Positions 1-11,313 of a stretch of 64,000 bases of DNA are shown here, piece by piece. The notes under the pieces were generated by a model, which worked only from the letters and a program-made list of their open reading frames with translations, had not been told where the DNA came from and did no database searches. How positions within the stretch are numbered: position 1 is the stretch's first letter; each line of letters starts with the position of its first letter. The translations under genes and the position numbers were made by a program. This DNA comes from Octopus sinensis (taxonomy: Eukaryota): contig NC_042997.1 in assembly GCF_006345805.1 (NCBI RefSeq), positions 4,836,001 through 4,900,000 on the forward strand. Reading direction: 5' to 3'.

Positions 1-154
1 CTCCTTTAGTCGAGCAAATGTACCCCATGACTAATTCTTTGGAAGCCTAGTACTTATTTTTTCGGTCCCTTTTACCGAACCGCTAATTACGGGGAAGTAA
101 ACACACCAGCATCCGTTGTCAAGCGACGTTGGGAGGAAAAACGCAGACACACAA

Positions 155-165
<11 letters not shown>
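1..165 (-). mobile_element. tRNA-derived SINE, 3' half (5' half at 2895-3058)
   Basis: Reverse complement matches the 3' half of the intact SINE at 22273-22684 (GACAACCGATGCTGGTG...AGCGGTTCGGCAAAAGAGACCGA...TTGCTCGACTAAAAGG). It runs into the internal (CA)/(TA) microsatellite. Confidence 0.85.
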
Positions 166-220
<55 letters not shown>

Positions 221-302
221 GGGTGAAAAGGAACACACGAGTTGATATATATGAAAAAACAAGTAAAAAATAGAAAATGCTAAAATAATTTTATAGTGAA
301 CA

Positions 303-345
303 TTTCAGTACCGGTTTCGGTCATTTTGAGACCTTTTCAACTGTA
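303..345 (-). ncRNA. minimal type I hammerhead ribozyme, U3-A8 variant core (PLE left arm)
   Basis: Exact reverse complement of the motif at 2711-2753. Confidence 0.75.
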
Positions 346-905
346 ACGATTAAATAATTAAATTTAGAAAAATTAGAAGAAAAGTTTTTTTAAAAGAATA
401 TTTCTATAGTAGTGTTCAGATTTAAGTGGCATTCTGCCTTTCTCTGACTCCCTTGTTTGCACTTGTGTGTTCGAGGTAGTTGTGAGCTCTTGGTAGGGTA
501 GTAGAGAGAAGGCTGGTGAGGAAAAGGGGGGTGGAAGAATCTGGGAGTGCCCTGATGGTCGTATTTTGAATGGTCAGTGGCGGCTGGCAGTCTCAGTTCA
601 ATTCAGGAGAATATTTATATTGATAGGCTTCTTTATAGAATTAGCGTAGGTGTTATACTAAAAAACATTAGTGACAAACTTAAGGGGTAGGGGGTGGAGA
701 AGAAGAAGAAGAAGAAGAAGAAGGAGAAGGAGAAGGAGAAGGAGAAGATGACGATGATGGTGATGGTGGTGATGATTATGACGACGATGATGATGATAAC
801 GATGATGATGAAGAAGAAGAAGAAGAAGAAGGAGGAGAAGGAGAAGATGGTGGTGATGATGGTGGCGATGATGATGATGCCGATGATGATGATAACGATG
901 ATGAT

Positions 906-938
<33 letters not shown>

Positions 939-1231
939 AAAACAGAGAAGGGAGAATATGAATGTAAATATAGCTATGAAGGGGCTGATTAGTAATGGAT
1001 TCTATTGAGTGTAGTATTTGTGTGTGTATATATATTTTTTTCTTTTATTCTAAAGTTGAGGTATATTAATTGTTTGTCGTAGACCCGTTAAGAAGTGGCT
1101 TGTATTTTGTAATAAAGAGATTTTCTTTACTTATTCGTTGTCTCGAGGTTGTATCGTCCCTAAATTGGTAGAGGGGGAAAATTCTGAAGTTTGGTGTTTT
1201 TTTGTTGGCGCAAGTATCTATGTGTTGGCTA

Positions 1232-1986
1232 TACAAGAACTAAAAGATACCCTAATCACCAGGAACTATCCACCTTCACTTATTGACAAATGCATTCTAC
1301 GTGCCCTTCAACTTAACATCAAGGAACTGAGACATCCCAAATCAAAGAAAAACTTACAACCAAAAGCCTTACCATACATCTCCACACACAACCCTCTCAA
1401 TAACGAAGCCTTCGACACCATCCTCCACAACATACCCCTCCTAAAAAAAGACCACAGAATGAACACAATCCTCCAAACACACACGATCATAAAAAGCAAA
1501 AGACAGCCTAGATCCATGAAAAGTCTCCTTACACAAGCCCGAATTCACTCTTCAACACAGAAGCCGACAGTAAAAAAATGTGGAAGACCCAATTGCGGGA
1601 TATGCGACTATCTAATCGAGGGTTCTGAGTTCTCCTTCAAACAGGGACAACGTTTTACAGTGAAAAGCAACTTCACATGTGCTTCGGAGAACCTAATATA
1701 CTCACTAACCTGCTCCGGGTGTCAAGAGCAGTACATAGGCCAAACAAAAAATGGTTTGCGTAAACGAATGGCCCTGCACAGATCCCAGATAAAAATTCCC
1801 CAAAACAGAAAAATAGCTTTTAGCCAACACATAGATACTTGCGCCAACAAAAAAACACCAAACTTCAGAATGTTCCCCCTCTACCAATTTAGGGACGATA
1901 CAACCTCGAGACAACGAATAAGTAAAGAAAATCTCTTTATTACAAAATACAAGCCACTTCTTAACGGGTCTACGACAAACAATTAA
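1232..1986 (+). pseudogene. C-terminal part of PLE ORF: RT thumb, CxxxxCxxC linker, GIY-YIG endonuclease (Neptune-like architecture)
   Basis: The translation has RNYPPSLIDKCI (thumb), KKCGRPNCGICDYL (Zn linker), NLIYSLTCSGCQEQYIGQT...RMALHRS (GIY-YIG) and FSQHI. The listed ORF start at 1138 lies in the antisense arm and is artefactual. Confidence 0.9.
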
Positions 1987-2112
1987 TATACCTCAACTTT
2001 AGAATAAAAGAAAAAAATATATATACACACACAAATACTACACTCAATAGAATCCATTACTAATCAGCCCCTTCATAGCTATATTACATTCATATTCTCC
2101 CTTCTCTGTTTT

Positions 2113-2145
<33 letters not shown>

Positions 2146-2710
2146 ATCATCATCGTTATCATCATCATCGGCATCATCATCATCGCCACCATCATCACCA
2201 CCATCTTCTCCTTCTCCTCCTTCTTCTTCTCTTCTCTTCATCATCATCGTTATCATCATCATCGTCGTCATAATCATCCACCATCACCATCATCGTCATC
2301 TTCTCCTTCTCCTTCTCCTTCTCCTCCTTCTTCTTCTTCTTCTTCTTCTTCTTCTTCTCCACCCCCTACCCCTTAAGTTTGTCACTAATGTTTTTTAGTA
2401 TAACACCTACGCTAATTCTATAAAGAAGCCTATCAATATAAATATTCTCCTGAATTGAACTGAGACTGCCAGCCGCCACTGACCATTCAAAATACGACCA
2501 TCAGGGCACTCCCAGATTCTTCCACCCCCCTTTTCCTCACCAGCCTTCTCTCTACTACCCTACCAAGAGCTCACAACTACCTCGAACACACAAGTGCAAA
2601 CAAGGGTGTCAGAGAAAGGCAGAATGCCACTTAAATCTGAACACTACTATAGAAATATTCTTTTAAAAAAACTTTTCTTCTAATTTTTCTAAATTTAATT
2701 ATTTAATCGT

Positions 2711-2753
2711 TACAGTTGAAAAGGTCTCAAAATGACCGAAACCGGTACTGAAA
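2711..2753 (+). ncRNA. minimal type I hammerhead ribozyme, U3-A8 variant core
   Basis: CAG-UUGAAAA-GGUC(UCAAAAU)GACC-GAAA-CCG-GUA-CUG. Helix I is CAG/CUG, helix II is GGUC/GACC, helix III is the palindrome ACCGGU, and the cleavage triplet GUA is at 2745-2747. Confidence 0.78.
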
Positions 2754-2798
2754 TGTTCACTATAAAATTATTTTAGCATTTTCTATTTTTACTTGTTT

Positions 2799-2890
<92 letters not shown>

Positions 2891-2894
2891 ATAT

Positions 2895-3058
2895 ACGACG
2901 GGCTTCTTTCAGTTTCCGTCTACCTAATCCACTCACAAGTCTTTGGTCGGCCCGAGGCTATAGTAGAAAACACTTGCCCAAGGTGCAACGCAGTAGGGCT
3001 GAACCCGGGACCATGTGGTTGGTAAGCAAGCTACTTACCACTCAACCACTCCTACGCC
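2895..3058 (-). mobile_element. tRNA-derived SINE, 5' half (pairs with 1-165)
   Basis: Reverse complement has an A-box-like GAGTGGTTGAGTGG and a B-box-like GGTTCAGCCC, and matches the head of the SINE at 22273. Confidence 0.85.
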
Positions 3059-3123
3059 TATTATTATAATTAGTATTAGTAGTAGTAGTAGTAGTAGTTG
3101 TAGCAGTATTAATACTATTATTA

Positions 3124-3164
<41 letters not shown>

Positions 3165-3189
3165 ATTATTATTATTATTAATACTATTA

Positions 3190-3748
3190 TTGAGTGAGAG
3201 AGCAGTACATGCCATCAAAGTGACACTGGGGTAATATATACAAAGCCCAGTATACCCTTCATGGCTACCCGTCTGATAAGGGAGCACCAGGCACATCCAT
3301 CAAAACCACATTTGCTGCAGATTATGATCTCATATCAAGATAAACAGCACATGACCTTGCAGGTGGGGCCCACTTCGAATTTTCTTCTGGTCGGGTAACT
3401 CATCCTGTTCAAACGGTCCTTTGAATAAGCGTTGTTTAAGGATGTTGAACGAACCACCCATGTTTCCAAAGGCGAATTATTCAAACCCCAAATAACCCCT
3501 CTCAACACATGGCTAAGATGCTCCCCCACTACTTCTGCTCGTGATCAGAGAGGCACATATCGTCAGCTACTAAGGGACATGCTCAACTGGTTTAAGTAAA
3601 AAAACTGTCAAGCAAATCTGTGGTATTGAGTAGAATATATGTGTAGCCCATCTATTATACCAAGACAAAACAATGTACATGATAACACTTCCAATCAGTT
3701 CAGATCAGAAGCTATGAGAGTTACTGTCTGGTACTGCATCAGGGCATT
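3190..3748 (-). mobile_element. non-coding ~560 bp interspersed element with (TAA)n 3' tail
   Basis: Homologous to 6522-7047, 62338-62937 and 58290-58545. On the - strand it ends ...CTCTCTCACTCAAT followed by an (AAT)n tract. No coding similarity recognised. Confidence 0.75.
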
Positions 3749-3826
3749 ATTTATCATCATCATCACCATCACCGTCACCATCACCATCATCATCGTCGTC
3801 GTCGTCATCATCATCATCATCATCAT

Positions 3827-3964
3827 CAGTCTCCGTCTACCAAATCCAATCACAAGGCTTTGGTCGGCCCGAGGCTATAGTAGAATACACTTGCCCAAGG
3901 TACCACGCAGTGGGACTGAACCTGGAACCATGTGGTTGGTAAGCAAGCTACTTACCACACAGCC
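3827..3964 (-). mobile_element. tRNA-derived SINE head fragment
   Basis: Matches 2905-3055 and the reverse complement of 22281-22410. Confidence 0.8.
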
Positions 3965-5119
3965 AAGCATATTATTATTATAATTTTTATTTTTATAGCT
4001 ATCACCATAACTACCATTGTTTGAGGAACTAGGTGTATATCACTTTGGTGAATAGAAGATACACTACAGATCTATAAATAGATTCGACTTATGTTGGGGT
4101 GGTCCGCCATAGAAACAAAGGAATTTTCGCATCTTTTATATCAGTAGGAGTTAAATGTTTTCACTACTACCAGTGGCCACTTAACCCTGAGAGCGCTACC
4201 TTGAAAAGAAGCAACTGAACCTGTTATATTTGTAATTACTGGTACAAAAAGTATTATATGTACACACAAACATATATATATATATGAATATACATACATT
4301 GGAGAATACAGTAGGATGTTTACATTTTCGAATAATCGAGGAGAGTCAAAATGTAAGAATATAATAGTAAAATTTTAAGATTAACTTCATATGGTCTTTT
4401 GTATTACCGCACAGAGAGAAATGGTAGAGTTCTTAGAACAAAAACGGAGGATGTTGTTTAAAGCTCCGAATACTCAGGGAGAGAGGAAAGGATAAATATT
4501 CACACAGTAGTCGTAGATATTAAATTTTTTTTTCTGTATTTTTTCAGTCTGATCGTTTATGTGTTCAAAAGCTATAGGTATGCAAGTTTTTAAACTTATT
4601 TTGAAGGAGAATAAAAATATTCACTGGAAATTGTAGATATTCCAGTCTTTAGGAATTGTAGAAGGAAGGCATGTTCACCTCGTTGGATTTTTGAATTTCT
4701 GAATTTCTTTTTCTTTTGGAATATTTCATTTCTTCTTGAAAGTTATGCTGTTGTTTACAGCTTTTGTAGTTATGCAGTATGTATATATTGGCAGGTGCTT
4801 AATTTCTAAAATTTTTTATCGTGCATTTTAATTGTGTGGTTACAATAATAGGCATGTTTACATATTCTGTTAGTTAGAGAAGCAGGGAAGACAAGATGTT
4901 CAGACAAAATTAGATATATTAGTTTCTAAAATTTTAGGTGTTTGTTTGTATGTCCAAAGGTGTAGATATATAATTTCTTTAACTTATTTTGAGGGAAATT
5001 CAAAATGCTCTCAGAAAACTGTATATATTCTAGTCTGTTATATTTTCAGTTGTCCTACTGGGTTGTATTAGTATTTCTGTATCTTCAGCTACATACATGT
5101 CAAGGCAGTGAAGAACACG

Positions 5120-5365
<246 letters not shown>

Positions 5366-5374
5366 TATTAAAAC

Positions 5375-6330
5375 TGACTGCTTATTTTGCTGGGTATGAT
5401 GTTTGCACCCAGCAGACTAAGGTGACACTTCTATATTGGTCATGCTTCAAAAACCCTGCGAAGAATTCTTGCAGTTCCAAGAAATCTTGATTTTTGTACG
5501 TGTTCTACCTCCACACTAGCAGCAATGATTTTCAGTGATATTGGAATGTGAGTGTTGATACTCCCAAGTGCTCCAATTACTATTGATATCATGTCTACTC
5601 TCCTCATTTAACACAAATTTCTTATTTTCCACTTCAAATAATCATAGATCTTTATTCTTCTGTCACAGTGATCCTTTTGACACCTGGGCAAGATCTGTCG
5701 ATGATGATCTTTTTTCATTCACTACAATAATGTCCGGTTTTCGATGTGTGGTTGGGTAATCGCACTGGATCATTGCCTCCCACAGTGTTTTTCAATTCTC
5801 ATTTTCAGTGATTCCTTGTGGAGTTTGCCCATACTATGTATTTGCTCTTTGTGGCTTCCTTCGATATCCCAATTGATAATTCTTGGCACATTGTCATGGC
5901 GTCTTTTCTACTCACATTGTGCCAATTTCAGGAATTCGCTAACGATGTGTCATACCGTTTCAAAGTTCTGATTTCACATTCTGCATTTGTCGCTCTCAGT
6001 AGCGTTGTCTATGCCGCACTTCATATAGTTGGTCCTAAACGCTTCTTTCTGAGCTGCGCATGTAAGTGCTTCTGTCTCTATTTTCAGGTCCTCTACATCT
6101 GTCTTGGCGTTTACCTCTCTTGCAAATTGACCGTATATTTTCTTTTCATTCCATGCCTTTTATTATTTTTTTTTCGTTTTTGTTTTTATTTAAATTTTGC
6201 TTTAATTACACACTTTTCAGTTTTGATGACGCCGCCTTCTTCGTGTGTTTCAAAACTGACTCTATGGCATTTTTATATACCATACTAGGCTGTTTTCCTC
6301 TGCTTCGATACAGCCAGGGCAACTGATTAA
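5375..6330 (-). mobile_element. decayed R4/Dong-like non-LTR retrotransposon, 3' part (zinc knuckle plus restriction-like endonuclease)
   Basis: The - strand translates with stops to KCRM*NQNFETV*HIVSEFLKLAQCE*KRRHDNV, which parallels the CCHC/RLE region at 7382-7975. Its 3' end abuts a (TAA)-rich tract. Confidence 0.75.
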
Positions 6331-6521
6331 ACATCTCCCATCCATTTTTTCTGGATAAGAACAGCGTATCAGTGTCACTCATAGGTTAATGACTACGTGT
6401 ACAGGCAATATATATCAAGCATTGCTATCCATCTTCACTTCGCATTTGCCATTTTATAATTCCCGATCTGTAGCGAAGTGATATTATCACGCACGTATTA
6501 ACTGCATTTATTTTTATTATC

Positions 6522-7047
6522 ATTGAGTGAGAGAGCAGTTCATGCCATCAAAGTGACACTGGGGTAAAATATACGAAGCCCAATATGCCCATCATGACAA
6601 ACCGTCTGATAAAGGTACACCAGGCACATGCATCACAACCATATGTGCGCGACATGGTGATCTCATATCAAGATAAACAGCACATGACCTTGCAGGTGGG
6701 GCCCACTTAGAATTTTCTTTAGGTTGAGTAGCCCATCCCCTCAAACGGTCCCTGAATAAGGGTTGTTTAAGGATGTTGAAAGAACCACCCATGTTTCCAG
6801 AGGTGAACTATTCAAACCCCAAAGAATCCCTCTCAACACATGGCTATGATGCTCTCCCACTACTTCTGCTCGTGATCAGAGATGCACATATCGTCAGCCA
6901 CTAAGGGACATGCTCAACTAGTTAAGGTCAAACAACTGACAAGCAAATCTGTGGTATTGAGCAGAATATTTGCTGTAGCCCATCTTTTATACCAAGACAA
7001 AACAATGTACATGATAACACTTCCAAATGTACATGATAACACTTCCA
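6522..7047 (-). mobile_element. second copy of the TAA-tailed non-coding element, 5'-truncated
   Basis: Aligns along its length with 3190-3710. It carries a local ~22-bp tandem duplication (AATGTACATGATAACACTTCCA) at 7005-7047. Confidence 0.8.
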
Positions 7048-7121
<74 letters not shown>

Positions 7122-7156
7122 CATTATTATTATTATTATTATCATTATTATTATTA

Positions 7157-7199
<43 letters not shown>

Positions 7200-7217
7200 C
7201 ATTATTATTATTATTAT
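7048..7217. repeat. (ATT)n microsatellite
   Basis: Directly visible. Confidence 0.98.
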
Positions 7218-8660
7218 ATGTTTTCTTCTTCTTTCAAATTTGCTTCCATTTCTTGCCGAGTGTCTTCCCGACTCCTAAGGCAAAGAAACTCATAGTATAC
7301 ATTGGTAGGCCGTTAAACTAAACTCACTAGTTCGTTCATTTTTTTAAAGGTTAAATTAAAATACATGGGTAGTAATAGTTCTTACATCGACAATGCTCTT
7401 CTCAATACGTGTGATGTACCAGTTAAGGCAATCTTATGTACTTCTTGCAGGGATGGTAAGCCATGGATCATTCTCATATAATTTTCGGTTTCCTTCTTGA
7501 ACATTCCTAGTACTCCTACGATGACTGGTATTGTAACCGCCTTGAGATGCCACATTTTCTCAATTTCAATGAGCAGGTCTTTATATTTTCTGGGCTTGTC
7601 ACACTCTTTCGCCGAGATATTATGATCACAGGGGATGCTCATGTCGATCAATAAGTAAACTTTATTGTTTTGGTTTTTCACAACAATATCCGTTTTATTG
7701 GCTTTGATGGTTCGGTCTGTATGTACTGGAAAGTCCCACAGAATCGTTACATTTTCTCCTTCAGTTACAGCTTCAGGGTGGTGACTATACCACTTGTCGG
7801 CAGTTTTGATATTGTAATGCCGACTTATTAGCCAGTGTAGATATTGGCCAACTCTGTCAAGTCTTAATTTATACTCCACTGGGGCTAAGACTTTACATCC
7901 AAAGATTAGGTGGTCCACTGTTTCAATCATGTCGTTGCAGAATCGGCATTTTGGGTTTGCTCCATTTCTTATCACATTGGCCTGGTAGTTCCGGGTTAAT
8001 AGGCTTTGATCTTGAGCAGCCAGGATGAAACCTTCGCTCTCTGCTTTTAGCCCTGAGCTCCGTAGCCACTAACGGGTTTGCTTCTGGTCAACATCAGCTT
8101 GTTTGCTACGGGCCACATATTTGCCGTGTAGAGGTTTCTCCTCCCACCTATCAGCCAATTGTTCGTGCGCTTTTTTCGTTGCCATTATTTCCACCTTCTT
8201 TGCAACAATAGTTGCCGTACTTCCCTCGGGTTGTTCAGTTTGGGTATCCTGCACGAGGTCAATAGCAATTTTTTTGCTTTCCTTTATGATAGAATGAAAC
8301 TTCTTTCGTCTCTCGTGATTTTCCACGAGCTTTAGTATCCAGTCATTCGTTATTTCAAGATATTTGGCCAGTCCAATTGTGGTTGTTTTGTAAGCTAGTT
8401 CAAATTGGATCAGGCCTCAACCTCCTTGGGCTCTGTGGAGGTAAAGGCGATCTACGTCTGCCTTTGGGTGGTGCATCCTATTACAACTCAGCTGCTTGCG
8501 TATTTTCCTATCTATATTCTTTACTTCACTCATATTCCAGTTAAACACATTGTAGCTATAAGTAACAACTGGAACTGCTAAGGAATGTATAGCTAACACC
8601 TTGTTACGTGCATTTAGTTCAGATTTCAGGACTGCACGAACTCTCCTATAACAATCCCCT
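7218..8660 (-). mobile_element. R4/Dong-like non-LTR retrotransposon, 5'-truncated (RT C-terminus, CCHC, RLE, 3' UTR)
   Basis: YRRVRAVLKSELNARNKVLAI, RMHHPKADVDRLY, EEKPLHGKY, then CRFCNDMIETVDHLIFGC and ILWDFPVHTDRTIKANKTDIVV...LLIDMSIP (PD-(D/E)xK-type RLE). (ATT)n flanks both sides. Confidence 0.88.
7382..7975 (-). pseudogene. zinc knuckle plus restriction-like endonuclease domain of the R4/Dong-like element (197-aa open segment)
   Basis: ORF track 7382..7975; motifs as in the parent element. Confidence 0.85.
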
Positions 8661-8708
8661 TGACTGATCAGTGCCCCATCCACTCCGCTTTATTTACTTA
8701 CCCTTTCT

Positions 8709-8806
8709 ACAATGTGACGTAATATGTAGGACATTGTTTGGCTAGTAACTGTGCCTCACATACTGGTATTATTATTATTATCATCATCAGCATCATCATC
8801 ATCATC

Positions 8807-8838
<32 letters not shown>

Positions 8839-8959
8839 CATCATTATTATTATTATTATCATCATCATCATCATTATTATTATTATCATCATCATCATCA
8901 TTATTATTATAATTATTATTATTACTATTATTATTATCATTATTATTATTATTATTATT
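8709..8959. repeat. (ATT)n/(ATC)n compound microsatellite
   Basis: Directly visible. Confidence 0.97.
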
Positions 8960-11159
8960 GCAGCGCGTGCTGTAAGGCATGAACGTTCGAAAGCAGTTCG
9001 ATAGTCCCTTATAGTAAAGGCACAATGTCAACACATTTATAATTCGGAATTTAACCGTCTACTTTGATGAGTGCTACGTTTCTTACCAGGGGATACTTAG
9101 TTCAGCGAAAAACTGTTAACAGCTGACGTAGTAAGGGAAGCAATAACGGGCAGCATGTTTGTGAATTTGTCGGGCTGTGTGGTCGCCCTATGAGATTTGT
9201 TAGAACGGCTCATGTCAGTTGTCTCCTACAACTAGCAACAGAACTGGATAATACCCTGTACTGCGAAAAGAAATGAAATTGACTCTGTTGAGAAAGGTCC
9301 TGACCAAGGTGGGTTGAGTTTTAAATCTTTAGGCAAATAATCCTGTTAAATGCAGAGTTGAAGATTTTAGTACAGTGTTAATAAATAGGCTGGGACTTTT
9401 ATTCGATACTCCAGTATGTGAGGCACAGTGACTAGCCATACAATGTCCTACATATCACGTAACATTATAGAAAGGCTAATTAAATAAAGCGGTGTGGATG
9501 GGGCACTGATCAGTCAAGAGGATTTTATAAGGTTGACCATCAATACTTGCCGGTGGTCCTGAATGAGGCTTATTTCGGATCCGTTTTCAGAAACTGGGTA
9601 TCCACATTGCACAGCGTCATTTACTCGGTGACCACTTTTCGAAACCGTTTAGTTTCACGTGCTCCGTCCATCCGGAATGCCCACTTCCTACACTTCTGTA
9701 TGTACTCAGTCTAGAACTACTTCTGCTGAAGCTGGATGTTTCCAGGAAACATCATCGAGAAGGAAGGTGTGGAGGATTCGTGTTTCCATATACGGACCGC
9801 ATCAACATAATAATGTCAGACGCGTATTATATAGAGGTAAACAACACAACTCGAGATGTCAGGAGCACCGAGAGAAGTAGCATCATCCTATCCATTAGCG
9901 CTCCGGTGTTCTGGAGGGGCGGATGAGTGAAAATGCTTAGGTTTCGGTTTGATTTTGACTTCGAGGGAGACAGGTACTGGGAAGCAGTGACGTGCACTGC
10001 GCCTATCCTCATCCAGATATGGATATAAATAAATTATTCCTGATGGACCATGCGGAGTGGTGAATGCTTACATTATATCTGTCATCTATTACCATCTGAA
10101 CGTGTTGACAATGCACCACAGTTGTACCTTATCCTGTTACATGAATGAACCGAATGATTCGCTTCCAGTGGAGAGAAAGTTTTCCAATGATCAGATGGCA
10201 TATTTTATAACACCATCCGCGGAGTGAGAGACTTGGTATGCTCTGGCTAATGATATGCTTAATTAGCTTATTCTCCAGCGCTTCTTTAATGTTGGCCATG
10301 TGTGGCGGCCGATTGTCTCTGTGACTGCGCTGCAGTCGTGGCTCAAAGAAAGACGGGAGAACGGCACAGTACAACATCAGCACTGTTAGATACTCAGAAC
10401 TCTCAGCCACTCAGGCAAAGCTATGGGTTGATGTTTCACCATGACGTTCTACAAAGCACTAGTGGCAGAATAGAACGACAACGACCGTAGGTTTTATTCT
10501 GTGCAATCTTTAACTATGTTGTGAATAAATACGTGGAATAACCGAGCGAAAGTAAAGCCCGAGAAAAATGAAAATGAAAAGAGTTATTTAGATGAAAACT
10601 CATTTCACTAGGATACATGTAATGATACTGAAGTTCACAAACACATATACACTGACAGCTTCCCCTTCCTTTCTAATTCTCATTTTCTCTCTCTGTCTTT
10701 CGCTCCTTCTCCCCCTCTCTTTTACTTTCAGTCTTTCCCTCTTCCCCTTACTCACAAAAGCATTCGTGCAGTGCTCAAACATTAATGACTTTGAAGTTAA
10801 GTTGAACACCTGCAGTCGCACGTAGAGTGGATCTTGCCATCGGTTGACTCGACAGAAAAAGTCGTACCGCAGCCGATCTTTTTCTAGGGAGGGCAAGAAG
10901 TTCTATTTTTAGGGCATATGGGGGAAAAGATCGTGTACGGCCGCATCTCAAAAGGCAGACGCCAGGTACTTAGCTCCTCTGCTAAGCCGTTATGAATAAT
11001 TTCAGATTCGTCTTGGAATTTGTAAATCTATTGAAACCTGAGTGAATGAAGCAAGAATGGTCCAAAGATGCAGTTCACACACACACACACATACACACAC
11101 ACACACATCCTCACACACACACATGCACAAGCATACACACACACACGCACACACACACG

Positions 11160-11222
<63 letters not shown>

Positions 11223-11278
11223 GAATATTAAATTCATGGATACATAAATGCCTACATGCACACACACAGCAAGAGGGA

Positions 11279-11313
<35 letters not shown>

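Larger units (their letters stand above)
221..2812. mobile_element. Penelope-like retroelement locus 1: two 5'-truncated copies in inverted orientation with 3' ends facing outward
   Basis: About 231-1231 is the near-perfect reverse complement of about 1821-2812. The + arm (1232-2812) encodes the RT thumb, Zn linker and GIY-YIG endonuclease. (TA)n flanks both sides. Confidence 0.92.

Noticed and set aside
4400-5040. Degenerate ~385-bp-spaced repeats (AACTTATTTTGA...GTAGATAT)
   Set aside because: Too diverged to define a unit by eye, with no regular spacer structure. Not CRISPR-like.
9060-9110. GAAAC-GUA on the - strand resembling a hammerhead
   Set aside because: The upstream core reads CUGAACU, not CUGANGA, and helix II does not pair.
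10129-10480. Possible transposase fragment
   Set aside because: Only a single DG-like hint and no ordered motifs.
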